A model generated the notes under the pieces. The model saw nothing but the letters and a program-made list of their open reading frames with translations. It did no database searches and was not told the origin of the DNA. DNA of 64,000 bases, from positions 1-64,000 of the IMG/VR virus record IMGVR_UViG_3300017963_000244; one strand, given 5' to 3'. Below, piece after piece: positions 16,023-25,288 of the stretch. The DNA comes from an uncultured virus (IMG/VR IMGVR_UViG_3300017963_000244) (lineage: Duplodnaviria > Heunggongvirae > Uroviricota > Caudoviricetes). Position numbers and translations under genes: made by a program. Numbering within the stretch: the stretch's first letter is position 1; every line of letters starts with the position of its first letter.

Positions 16023-19000
16023 GTGCCCGACTTCGGGATCCGACTGGCGCTGTCCGAGTTCGGAAAGGCCGTCGAGGGGAAGCGCTTCAGGCACCCTGAG
16101 ACGGGGAACATGGTGCTCTACACGTCGCTCCCCATGGCGGAGCAGCATCGGATCTACGAGGCCTGGAAGGCGTACAGGCAGGGGATCGCCGACGCGCCGA
16201 AGCAGGGCACGAAAGTCGACGACGTGACGAGCCTCGGCGTCGGCGACCGGATCCGGGTGCTGGGACCAACCCAGACCGTCGACGCCGTCGTGACGCAGAC
16301 GGGAGCCTCGAGCGCGTTCGTGCGCCGAGTGGACCCGAAGACGGGCAAGCCGAGCGGCAAGACGTTCAACGTGACGCAGGACGCGGTGGAGGCGTTCGAG
16401 ATCCAGAAGCTCCCGGAGGGGAAGGTCCCCGAGTCCGAGAAGAAGAAGCCTCCTCCAAGGCCCGAACCCCCGCCGTTCAAGATCGACGACCGGTGGGACC
16501 GCCTTGAACTCGATGATGTGTTCGAGGACGACGTCGTGGCCTACCGGGAGGGGGACAAGACGTACATGGGTCGGGTCATGCGGATAGATCTGCCGCATGA
16601 GAAGGCCAAGAAGGCGACCGGGATCTGGGTCGCGCGGATCGATCCGAAGACGGGCAAGCGGACCGACAAGAAGATGCACATGTTCGGTCCGAAGAGTCTC
16701 AAGGACTCGAACGTGAGGCTCGTCCCTATCGAGGAGCATCCGCAGGCGTGGAGCGGCTACGCGGACTATGGCTACCCGCAGGGGTGGGGCGGCTACGAGG
16801 ACGTCTACTCGGGCCCGATGCCGAAGCACAAGCCGAAGCCGCTCACTCCCGAGGAGAAGGCCGAGCTCGAGGAGAAGCGGAAGGAGCAGGAGGAGGAGAG
16901 GAAGCGACGCGAGAAGGCGCGGAAGAAGGCCGTCGAGCGCATGGGCGAGACTGGCGAGCCCCTGAAGGCGGTGAAGGACGCTAAGGAGGGGGACGTGATC
17001 GCGTTCCACTGGGACGGCGACGTGGTCCACGCCCGCGTGATCGAGGCCAAACCCGACGTGTTCTTCACCATCGACGTCGACCCGAAGACCGGCGAGGTGC
17101 TCGAGGAGACACGGTACGACAGCTGGCGCTCCTACGACCTCGACAAGCACGACGTGCACGAGGTCGACGACGAGCACAAGCCCGACGACCCGTGGAAGGA
17201 GAACGTCCGCAAGATCCTGAAGTCCCTCAAGCGTCTGCCCGAGGATCCGAAGAAGTTCTTCCGGCAGGACAAGGAGGCCGAGCTCGTCGACCTCAGCAAG
17301 ATCAAGCCGGCGAAGATCCGCCTCAAGGGCGTGATGAGCGCGAACAACTTGATGGCGAGCGCCGAGGAGGGCAAGTTCCAGAAGCGCAAGCCCATCTCGC
17401 TCGTCGACAACGGAGACGGCACCTACACCGTCCGGGACGGGAACTCGACGTACACGAACGCACGCCTATCTCAGTGGGAGCAGATCCCCGCCGTCGTCCG
17501 CACGGCCGAGGAGTGGGACCGCATCGACAAGGAGGAGGAGGAGCGTCGCAAGAAGCAGATCGAGCGGGCGAAGGAACTCGCGAAGCACCGCCCTCCCGGA
17601 CTCACCTGGACCGGCTTGGCCGAGCAGTACGGATTGGGACAGCAGCAGGGTCTCATGTTCCCCTCCGTTCACGGCGGTCCCGCGGGCGGCAAGTGGAAGC
17701 CCTCCAAGAAGCCGCCCAAAGGACTTCCAGCTGGGTTCGAGGGACCTCCCGTCGGCGAGGTCAAGGAGCTGAACAAGGGAGACCTGTTCGGGTGGAAGGC
17801 CACTGACGACACCTGGTACGTGGGGCGCGTCGTCGGGCGCAAGGGGAAGTCCCACGCGACGTTCGAGGTCCTGCACCCCGAGACAGGACGGCCCCTGGAG
17901 AAGCGCACCCGCACCCTTCGCGACACCCTGCTCGAGAAGATGAAGGTGTGCCACCTGTCGGACTACGAGTTTCCCAAGGGCATGCAGAAGGGGCCCAAGA
18001 AGCGCCCGAAGGAGGTCAAGGGACCCGTCATCTCCGACGCCATGGGAGCCGAGGAGGGCGACTGGCTCGGCTACGATCACAAGGGCCGCTGGTACGTGGC
18101 GCAGGTCTCCAAGGCGTACAAGGACGGGCTGGACGTCGAGGTCTATCATCCCGAGACCGGCGAGCGCATCAGGGGCCGCGACAGCCTCCTCACGGACCAC
18201 GACATCCACGATAAGGTCATCCGGCTGCTCAAGGACTTCAAACCACCAAAGAAGAAGCAGGCCGCGGTCGAGGAGATGCGGCGCGTGCTGGCCGAGCTCA
18301 GGACGGCCTACCGTCCCCGGTGGCAGGATGTGCCCGGCTACAAGACGCTGGTGGACGAGGACTCCGAGAAGGGGATCCTGCCCTCGCAGACGGAGTCCGC
18401 ACCGCCCGACCCGGGCCAGGACAGGCTGGACGCCATGTGGCCCGTCGAGGCTCCGAGGCCGCGCGAGAAGGAGCGCGCCCTCCCGCTGCCCTCGGATCAC
18501 GACCGCCTCCGCGACAAGAGGATAGGTCCTACCTATTACAACAAGCCGCGCAAGGTGCCCTACCGCACCCTCTCCGTACCCGGCGAGGACTACGGCCACC
18601 CGACGAAGTTCGACTATTACTTCCCCACACGACGCCACGAGAACCTGGCGGCCGAGACAGACGACCCGTACGAGGAGGAGCCGACCGATGACCAGCTCGA
18701 GGTCGAGGGGGCGGGACCCTTCCCCACGCAGCACCAGAAGAACCAGGGAGGTACCGCGAAGACCTACTCGCGGCGCCGGTACATGCGAGAGCGCGAGAAG
18801 AAGAAGAGGGAGGAACGCAAGGAGTATCGGACGCGCGGGAAGCGACTCCCGGCGGAAAAGCTCAAGCGGAAGTACAGGCGCATGTACCCGCACAGGTACG
18901 AGCGCAGGGGCATCGGGGTAACGACGCCGGCCGAGCGCAGCCGAGAGTGGCGCCGCGAGCAGGGGGAGGAGAAGGAGCGCGAGGAGAGGCGTCGGAGTGC

Positions 19001-19964
19001 CAGCCTCGAGGCCCTAGCCGACGCCGTCGCGATCCTCGGCCTCGAGCTCGACGCGGCGAACTGGCCCGTCAACTGGAACACGCACGTCAAGAAGACGAAG
19101 CCTCCCGAGCAGCTCGACCAGAACTACCAGAGTCCCGGAAGCGTGCCGCGCGACGACCCCTCCAAGCAGAGGGGGGAGTCCCTGCGCGCCCCAGACCTTC
19201 CGGCCAAGCCGCAGCGCGGCCTGAAGTGGGAGGTCGAGCCCCCAGCCCCGGGCGGGCTCGACTACCCCATCACGGACATCAACAACCCCACGGACGGCTC
19301 GGGGAGGGTCATCCCGATGTCCTACTACACGGAGCTCGTGAACCGGACCCAGGCCGAGCCCGATCCGCGCCAGGACAGGTACCTGCGCAACGACAACTTC
19401 GAGGTGAAGGTCGCCTACACGCTGCCCGAGATCCTCAAGCGCGTGGACTCGAAGATCAAGATGCGGGCACAGGACTACGTGCCGAGGCTCGCGCGGACGG
19501 ACACGAAGAACTGGATCTGGCACTGGAAGGTCGGGGACCACACTGTGAAGGTCCAGGCGTTCAAGCGGGGCCGGGCCGAGAAGCTCCCCAAGCTCAACCT
19601 CAGGATCTCCTGCTCGTGCCCCTACTGGCGATGGTGGGGCCCGGCGCACTGGGCGACGCGGAACGACTACCAGAGCGGCACCGCGCCGGGGACGGCCACC
19701 TATCCCCGCGTCCGAGATCCCGCCCACTGGCGCCCCCTCTGCAAGCATGCCTACGCCGTCCTCCAGAAGTCGCTGGACTTCTTCGTGCGACCCGAGAAGA
19801 GCCCGCTCAGGAAGCTGGGAATCCGGTTTTCCTTCGATGGGGAGGACGCAGTAGAGGTCGAACCCGTGAGCGACGACTCAGCGGTGCGCGTGGCGCGGAC
19901 GACGGTCGAGCGCGAGCTCGGACGCCGGGTGGCTGCCCGGTATCTTGGCCGGAAGGAGACCTAG
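16023..19964 (+). CDS. Large modular protein: SH3-like repeats, ParB/Srx-like domain, C-terminal SWIM zinc finger
   Basis: GGAGG RBS before GTG 16023; DPKTG repeats; KPISLVDNGDGTYTVRDGNS; ISCSCPYW...LCKH. Confidence 0.7.
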   Translation: MPDFGIRLALSEFGKAVEGKRFRHPETGNMVLYTSLPMAEQHRIYEAWKAYRQGIADAPKQGTKVDDVTSLGVGDRIRVLGPTQTVDAVVTQTGASSAFVRRVDPKTGKPSGKTFNVTQDAVEAFEIQKLPEGKVPESEKKKPPPRPEPPPFKIDDRWDRLELDDVFEDDVVAYREGDKTYMGRVMRIDLPHEKAKKATGIWVARIDPKTGKRTDKKMHMFGPKSLKDSNVRLVPIEEHPQAWSGYADYGYPQGWGGYEDVYSGPMPKHKPKPLTPEEKAELEEKRKEQEEERKRREKARKKAVERMGETGEPLKAVKDAKEGDVIAFHWDGDVVHARVIEAKPDVFFTIDVDPKTGEVLEETRYDSWRSYDLDKHDVHEVDDEHKPDDPWKENVRKILKSLKRLPEDPKKFFRQDKEAELVDLSKIKPAKIRLKGVMSANNLMASAEEGKFQKRKPISLVDNGDGTYTVRDGNSTYTNARLSQWEQIPAVVRTAEEWDRIDKEEEERRKKQIERAKELAKHRPPGLTWTGLAEQYGLGQQQGLMFPSVHGGPAGGKWKPSKKPPKGLPAGFEGPPVGEVKELNKGDLFGWKATDDTWYVGRVVGRKGKSHATFEVLHPETGRPLEKRTRTLRDTLLEKMKVCHLSDYEFPKGMQKGPKKRPKEVKGPVISDAMGAEEGDWLGYDHKGRWYVAQVSKAYKDGLDVEVYHPETGERIRGRDSLLTDHDIHDKVIRLLKDFKPPKKKQAAVEEMRRVLAELRTAYRPRWQDVPGYKTLVDEDSEKGILPSQTESAPPDPGQDRLDAMWPVEAPRPREKERALPLPSDHDRLRDKRIGPTYYNKPRKVPYRTLSVPGEDYGHPTKFDYYFPTRRHENLAAETDDPYEEEPTDDQLEVEGAGPFPTQHQKNQGGTAKTYSRRRYMREREKKKREERKEYRTRGKRLPAEKLKRKYRRMYPHRYERRGIGVTTPAERSREWRREQGEEKEREERRRSASLEALADAVAILGLELDAANWPVNWNTHVKKTKPPEQLDQNYQSPGSVPRDDPSKQRGESLRAPDLPAKPQRGLKWEVEPPAPGGLDYPITDINNPTDGSGRVIPMSYYTELVNRTQAEPDPRQDRYLRNDNFEVKVAYTLPEILKRVDSKIKMRAQDYVPRLARTDTKNWIWHWKVGDHTVKVQAFKRGRAEKLPKLNLRISCSCPYWRWWGPAHWATRNDYQSGTAPGTATYPRVRDPAHWRPLCKHAYAVLQKSLDFFVRPEKSPLRKLGIRFSFDGEDAVEVEPVSDDSAVRVARTTVERELGRRVAARYLGRKET

Positions 19965-19966
19965 GG

Positions 19967-20356
19967 ATGCCGCTCTACAGCTACCACTGCGAATCCTGCG
20001 ACCGCGACTTCGACGAGATGGCGAGGCTGGCCCAGTACCAGGACCCTCAGCCGTGCCCCCTCTGCGGAGCGATGGCGCCTCGCGTGATCGGGGGTCGATT
20101 CCCGGGCTTCATCCTCGCGGGCGACGGGTGGGCGAGCAAGAACGAGCGCATCCGGGGCCAGATGCAGAAGAAGAACGAGCGCCTGGCGGCCAAGGAGCGT
20201 GAGATGAGGGGAGACGGCATGCTGCCGTCGCTCCAGCCCAACGTGGGAGGCGAACGCACGAAGTCCTGGGCAGACGCCGCCAAGCTCGCCAAGGAGAAGG
20301 GCAAGGACACGAGCGGGTACGAGCGGCTCGCCCGTCAGGAGGGTAAGTCCGCATGA
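19967..20356 (+). CDS. FmdB-family zinc-ribbon protein
   Basis: MPLYSYHCESC...CPLCG...GFILAGDGW; AAGGAG RBS. Confidence 0.8.
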   Translation: MPLYSYHCESCDRDFDEMARLAQYQDPQPCPLCGAMAPRVIGGRFPGFILAGDGWASKNERIRGQMQKKNERLAAKEREMRGDGMLPSLQPNVGGERTKSWADAAKLAKEKGKDTSGYERLARQEGKSA

Positions 20357-21099
20357 GCTTCCCGATCCCCACCCCCAACGTCCTGGACCGGTCCGCGGGA
20401 CACGCGGTGCTCCAGTACGTCAACGATCCCAACATCCTCGGATACCGGCTCAGGGTGGCCGATAACCTGGACAACGCCTACGGGGCCGCGAACGGCGTGG
20501 GCGGTGCGGGGACGTTCGCCCTGACGGCCCTGGACGCGAACCGCGGAACCGTCCACGTGACGAAGACAATTCGCATGCGCCGGACGGCGCTGTCGGGCGA
20601 CTCGGTTCGAGGCCAGACTCGCATGGTCTTCGATCCCGGCGAGTTCTTCGGCGCGAGTCCGGTGGTGCCCCCCGACAGCAGCCTGTGGTTCGTTCGAACG
20701 CAGATCCGGACGGTGGCGTCCCCCACGTTTCCCGTGGGAGCGGACAACACGAACCAGTCGATCATCAGCATCGTGCAGGACCCCGAGTTCTTCTCCGTGC
20801 CCCGACCGGCCCTGACGCTCTACGGAACCGCGCCCGCCATCGGGGCCGTTCCGGGCCTCCCGGCCCCGCCTCAGGCGATGGTGTTCGGAGTCCCGGCGTT
20901 CGCGGACGCCATGGTCGTCACCAACCACGGAGCAGCTCCTCTCTACTTCGGCGCCGCCCTGGATCAACCTCTCATGCAGATCGACGCCGGGACCAACATC
21001 TCGCACGCGAGCGGCATGAAGGACGAGATCGTGATCTGTGCCGCGGGCGCCAACCCACAGTTCTCGGTGCTGCTCTCCACCGTCACGGGGATGCGCTAA
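20353..21099 (+). CDS. Putative virion protein (tandem paralog A)
   Basis: Highly similar to 21113..21868; coupled ATGA start. Confidence 0.7.
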   Translation: MSFPIPTPNVLDRSAGHAVLQYVNDPNILGYRLRVADNLDNAYGAANGVGGAGTFALTALDANRGTVHVTKTIRMRRTALSGDSVRGQTRMVFDPGEFFGASPVVPPDSSLWFVRTQIRTVASPTFPVGADNTNQSIISIVQDPEFFSVPRPALTLYGTAPAIGAVPGLPAPPQAMVFGVPAFADAMVVTNHGAAPLYFGAALDQPLMQIDAGTNISHASGMKDEIVICAAGANPQFSVLLSTVTGMR

Positions 21100-21112
21100 A
21101 GGCTGGCTCGGC

Positions 21113-21868
21113 ATGAGTTTTCCGATTCCCACCCCGAACGTGCTGGACAGGTCCAAGGGCTTCATGCTCCTCCAGTACATCAACGACCCCAACATCCTCG
21201 GCTACCGGGTCCGGGTCGCGAACAGCCTCAACGAAGCTTACGGGCCGTTCAACGGGTTGCCGCTCGCCCTGGCAGGCACGACGGCGCTCTTCGACGTGGA
21301 CCGAGACTGCACGTTCATCTCCAAGGCGATTCGTCAGCGAAGGACGGGCATCTCCGGGGACACGACTCGAGGGCAGACGCGGGCCATCTTCGATCCCAAC
21401 GAGTTCTTCGGTCTGAGCGCGCAGGTTCCCCCGGACAGCGGGCTGTGGTTCGTTCGAACGCAGATCCGGACGGTGGCCAGTCCGGCCTTTCCCGGTGCGC
21501 CCGCGGACAACACGAACCAGTCGATCATCGACATCGTCCAGGACCCTGAGTTCTTCTCCGTGCCGCGTCCGGCGCTGACCCTGCACGGGAGAGCGCCCGA
21601 CCTGCCCGGGGCAGCTCCCGGGTCCCCTGCGCCACCTCAGGCGATGGTGTTCGGGGTTCCCGCGTTCGCGGACGCCATGGTCATCACGAACCACGACGCG
21701 GCATTCCCGCTGTACTTCGCCGCCGCCCTAGACCAACCCCTCATGCAGATCGACGCCGGGACCAACATCTCGCACGCGAGCGGCATGAAGGACGAGATGG
21801 TCATCTGCTCGACCGGCGGGAATCCCGACTTCTCGCTCCTGATCTCCACCGTGACCGGGATGCGCTAG
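21113..21868 (+). CDS. Putative virion protein (tandem paralog B)
   Basis: Same MSFPIPTPNVLDRS start and STVTGMR end as paralog A. Confidence 0.7.
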   Translation: MSFPIPTPNVLDRSKGFMLLQYINDPNILGYRVRVANSLNEAYGPFNGLPLALAGTTALFDVDRDCTFISKAIRQRRTGISGDTTRGQTRAIFDPNEFFGLSAQVPPDSGLWFVRTQIRTVASPAFPGAPADNTNQSIIDIVQDPEFFSVPRPALTLHGRAPDLPGAAPGSPAPPQAMVFGVPAFADAMVITNHDAAFPLYFAAALDQPLMQIDAGTNISHASGMKDEMVICSTGGNPDFSLLISTVTGMR

Positions 21869-21879
21869 CGCCGCGCTAT

Positions 21880-21894
21880 CGGTTATCCGTTTAT
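21880..21894 (+). promoter_or_regulatory. Promoter-like motif CGGT-N8-TAT
   Basis: Recurring motif, upstream of 21959. Confidence 0.6.
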
Positions 21895-21958
21895 AGGCCC
21901 CTTCAATACAGGAAGGGACAGCCTTCTGCCCTCAGTCCGGCAACGGAGGAGTTTCACG

Positions 21959-22624
21959 ATGCCATTCATCATCATGCGGAGGAGCGACATCCCGAACGGG
22001 GTCCTGCAGGTCGACGACCTCAAGCCGAACGACTCGCAGCGTAACTACACGCTAGATCCCCCGGGCCAGAGTGGGTACGTCCGAAACATCCCCGCGAACG
22101 AGACCGTCGTCACGGTCGGCGCGGGACCGATCCTCATCCTGCGCGACGTCTGCGGGCTCGCAGGCTACCTGATCGACAACGTGGAGGACAGCGCCGGGAC
22201 GGCCATCACGGCAGCGGTCGCCAACACCGCGTCGGCGGCGATCATAGTCCGGGCGCAGGCGGCCCTCACGGTTCAGACGGCCGACGTCGACGCGGAGCTC
22301 GTCGCCGCCGGTGCAGGGGCCGGCACGGGCCTCACGGCTGGCAACTCGACCGGTCTCCTCGTGGAGTTGCTGAGCCTGCTCTCCGGCGCGGTGTACGACC
22401 TTCCGGCGGGCAGCGAGGTCGAGACGGCGGCCAACCTCTTCAACGCGACCCGCATGGGTTCGTTCGTGACGACGCCCGGAGTCAAGTTCGTTCGACAGAC
22501 GGGCGCCTTCAACGTCTCGAACGGCGCGGGGGACCTGTTCAGGTACAAGCAGGCGAACTTCGAGTACGCCGGCGTGCTTGGCCCCGCCATCACGGTCTAC
22601 AGCAACACGGGCGCCATCCTGTAA
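21959..22624 (+). CDS. Putative structural protein, paralog family 2 (copy 1)
   Basis: IM(R/K)RxDIPxGxLQVxDLxPN..GQxGYV N-terminus shared by three adjacent genes; GGAGGA RBS. Confidence 0.7.
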   Translation: MPFIIMRRSDIPNGVLQVDDLKPNDSQRNYTLDPPGQSGYVRNIPANETVVTVGAGPILILRDVCGLAGYLIDNVEDSAGTAITAAVANTASAAIIVRAQAALTVQTADVDAELVAAGAGAGTGLTAGNSTGLLVELLSLLSGAVYDLPAGSEVETAANLFNATRMGSFVTTPGVKFVRQTGAFNVSNGAGDLFRYKQANFEYAGVLGPAITVYSNTGAIL

Positions 22625-22636
22625 GGAGGTCTGAAG

Positions 22637-23719
22637 ATGCCGTACATCATCATGAAGCGGAACGACATTCCCGACGGGACGCTCCAGGTCACCGACCTCG
22701 AGCCCAACACCTCGCAGCGGAACCTCACGCTGGAGCCCGTGGGTCAGACGGGTTACGTCAACGCGGTCCAGAACGACACCGTGGTGCTGTACCAGCCGGG
22801 CGGCGGCGGGACCCCGATCCTGCTCCGCTGGCAGGCGAGGGGGCTCGGCGCGTGGCTCGGGACCAACGTGAACGACGGGACCGGCGTCCAGGCTCAGGGG
22901 GTGATGACTCCGACGCTCACGCCGCTGACCGGAATCGGCGCCCCGTACTTCACGATCAACGGGGTCATCTTCGTGGCGACGGCCGGTCCCATCCCCCCCG
23001 GAATCCCGGGGGTGTTCGACGCCACGCTTCCGCTAGGGCCCGGTCCCGGCACCATGAGCTGGGACATCGCCACGCGGATCAACGACGTCGTCAACGGGCT
23101 GAACGGCATCGTCGTCGCCACGCCGGACGTGCCCGCACCCGGCGACGTCCTGGTTCAGGCCGTGGCCGTCGGCACCGCCGGCAACGCCATCGACTTCACG
23201 GACGTGTCTCCGTTCCCCGGCGAGATCGCGATGGTGCCTCCGGGCGGGTTCCTGGCCGGGGGCGCGGACGCCGACTCGCTCACGGCCGCGGAGATCAACA
23301 CGAGCTCGGCGGCCATCCTGGCCCTGTACGCGTACGGAAACCTCACGGCCGGCGCGGGAGTCCTCAACCTGGCGGCCATCAACGGCGCGATGGCGGCGGG
23401 CGCCATCACGGCGGCACAGCTGCCCGAGGTGCTCGACATCCTGGCAGGTCGTCGCTACGTCTGTCCCAAGGACGTGCAGATCGACGCGGACGGGACCACG
23501 TTCGACGTGCAGCCCCCCGTCGGCACCACGGGCGGCCCGGGCTTCGTGGCCGGGAGCTATCGCAACCTGTTCGCGAACGACGGCCTTCCGCTCTCGTTCG
23601 TCGTCGGCCAGCTTGCCCAATTCCGCGACAACGGCTTCATCTACCGCGGCGTCGCGGGCAACCCGAACGGAGAGGCCGTGGTCGTCTACAACGACGACGG
23701 AACCCTGTACACCCCGTAA
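22637..23719 (+). CDS. Putative structural protein, paralog family 2 (copy 2, with insertion)
   Basis: Same N- and C-terminal motifs; internal module resembling the sheath repeats; AAGGAGG RBS. Confidence 0.7.
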   Translation: MPYIIMKRNDIPDGTLQVTDLEPNTSQRNLTLEPVGQTGYVNAVQNDTVVLYQPGGGGTPILLRWQARGLGAWLGTNVNDGTGVQAQGVMTPTLTPLTGIGAPYFTINGVIFVATAGPIPPGIPGVFDATLPLGPGPGTMSWDIATRINDVVNGLNGIVVATPDVPAPGDVLVQAVAVGTAGNAIDFTDVSPFPGEIAMVPPGGFLAGGADADSLTAAEINTSSAAILALYAYGNLTAGAGVLNLAAINGAMAAGAITAAQLPEVLDILAGRRYVCPKDVQIDADGTTFDVQPPVGTTGGPGFVAGSYRNLFANDGLPLSFVVGQLAQFRDNGFIYRGVAGNPNGEAVVVYNDDGTLYTP

Positions 23720-23731
23720 GGAGATCAGGAA

Positions 23732-24412
23732 ATGGCTGAAGTTTTCCTCATCATGCGCCGCACGGACATCCCCGACGGGGTACTCCAGGTGGTGGACCTC
23801 TGGCCCAACACGTCGAGCAAGAACTACATCTACCCGCCGGGCCTCGGCCAGACGGGATACGTTCACAACATCCCGACGCCGGTCATCGCGGGCAGCGTGG
23901 CCGCGGGTCCGCCGGTCGCCGCGACGGCGGATCTGACCGGAGTCGCGGCCTACCTGATCGGCAACATCGACACCACCGCCGGTGCGGGGAGTCCCCCGTT
24001 CACGGGGGCCCAGGCCGCCGCGGCCGCCGCGGGTCTGGTCGCCATCGCCCAGGCGGGAACCGTTCTCAATCTGGCGGCCGTGGACGCCGTCCTGGCGGCC
24101 GTCGTCGCGGGCACCTCCCTGACCGGTGGTGGCTCGACGGGCGTCCTCACGGAGCTCCTGAGCGTCATGGCGGGTGCCGGGTACGAGATCACGAGTGGCA
24201 CCGCGATCTCGGACGGGGCCGGAAACTTCGCCGGTCGCGTGGGCGCCTTCGTGCCGGGCGTCTACAAGCAGCTCTACGACACCGGGTACTTCCTGCTCTC
24301 GAGCTGGAACGGGAACATCTCGCTGATGGAAGGCCCGAACTTCACCTACGGCGGAGTCACGGGAGCGGCGATCACGACCTACTCCGCCACCGGCACCATC
24401 GTCGTGCCGTAG
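23732..24412 (+). CDS. Putative structural protein, paralog family 2 (copy 3)
   Basis: Same N- and C-terminal motifs; AAGGAG RBS. Confidence 0.7.
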   Translation: MAEVFLIMRRTDIPDGVLQVVDLWPNTSSKNYIYPPGLGQTGYVHNIPTPVIAGSVAAGPPVAATADLTGVAAYLIGNIDTTAGAGSPPFTGAQAAAAAAGLVAIAQAGTVLNLAAVDAVLAAVVAGTSLTGGGSTGVLTELLSVMAGAGYEITSGTAISDGAGNFAGRVGAFVPGVYKQLYDTGYFLLSSWNGNISLMEGPNFTYGGVTGAAITTYSATGTIVVP

Positions 24413-24498
24413 GTCTTCGGGACGCCGGCCACGTGCGGGTCGGCGTCCTTCTCCTCCCCCTCTCGGGGACGGCCAAACCAGACATAGGAGATGGAATC

Positions 24499-24774
24499 AT
24501 GACGGACAGACCAGACGAGAAGGGCAACGGGTACAGGACGAGCGACCTGTACTACGCCGCGTACCTGAAGGTGGCGGGAGTGAACCTGCTTGGCACCAAG
24601 AGAGAAGGCGGCCGCGTCTTCTTCCTGTTCGAGGACGGAGAGGGCCTCCGCGACCTCAAGCAGCAGTACTACAACCGCTCGAGCAAGGTGCCGGCCCTGA
24701 CGTACGCGGACGAGATCAAGGTCATGAAGGCCCTGACCCACGACGACAGAGGAGACGGTGCCCGTGCGCCTTGA
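24499..24774 (+). CDS. DUF5659-like small phage protein
   Basis: YRTSDLYYAAYL...RVFFLF motif; AGGAG upstream. Confidence 0.55.
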   Translation: MTDRPDEKGNGYRTSDLYYAAYLKVAGVNLLGTKREGGRVFFLFEDGEGLRDLKQQYYNRSSKVPALTYADEIKVMKALTHDDRGDGARAP

Positions 24775-25285
24775 GCAGCTGATCGACGGCAACGACGAGG
24801 TCCAGCAGCACGTCGCCGCCGAGCGACGAAAGCAGGGTCTCACCGCCGTCTCCCCCATGGCCCGTCGGGCGATAGAGAAGGAGATCCTGCCCCAGATCGA
24901 GGAGAGTGTGATCTCGGCGGAGAGCGCGGAGGACCTGTGCGCCTCGACCAAGCGCTCCATCGAGGCCGCGTTCAGCTACAAGAACGAGATCTACACGCGC
25001 CTCGTCAGCTACAAGGGCATCGACCAGTCCGACCAGCAGTTCCTCGCCGACCTCGTGATCGTCATGGACGAGTGGCTCCGCGGCGTCAAGGCGGCCCTCG
25101 AGAGGAAGGAAGAGGAGGAGGTCGAGGAGGAGCCCGAGAAGCGGGAGGTCGAGGTCACCGTGAAGGTCGAGACCGAGGCCTCGAAGGAGCGGGAAGGGGT
25201 CGTCGTCAAGGACGTCGAGGGCGGCGCCGAGATCGACGAGCGCGACCCCTCCGCCGTGTTCGACCTCAGAGACGTGAGGTTGTAG
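24758..25285 (+). CDS. Hypothetical protein
   Basis: ORF with typical codon usage and AGGAG RBS. Confidence 0.65.
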   Translation: MPVRLEQLIDGNDEVQQHVAAERRKQGLTAVSPMARRAIEKEILPQIEESVISAESAEDLCASTKRSIEAAFSYKNEIYTRLVSYKGIDQSDQQFLADLVIVMDEWLRGVKAALERKEEEEVEEEPEKREVEVTVKVETEASKEREGVVVKDVEGGAEIDERDPSAVFDLRDVRL

Positions 25286-25288
25286 CCC

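Noticed and set aside
20353..21868. Possible DGR template/variable repeat pair
   Set aside because: Both copies are full genes, differences are not adenine-specific, and no reverse transcriptase is present in the window.
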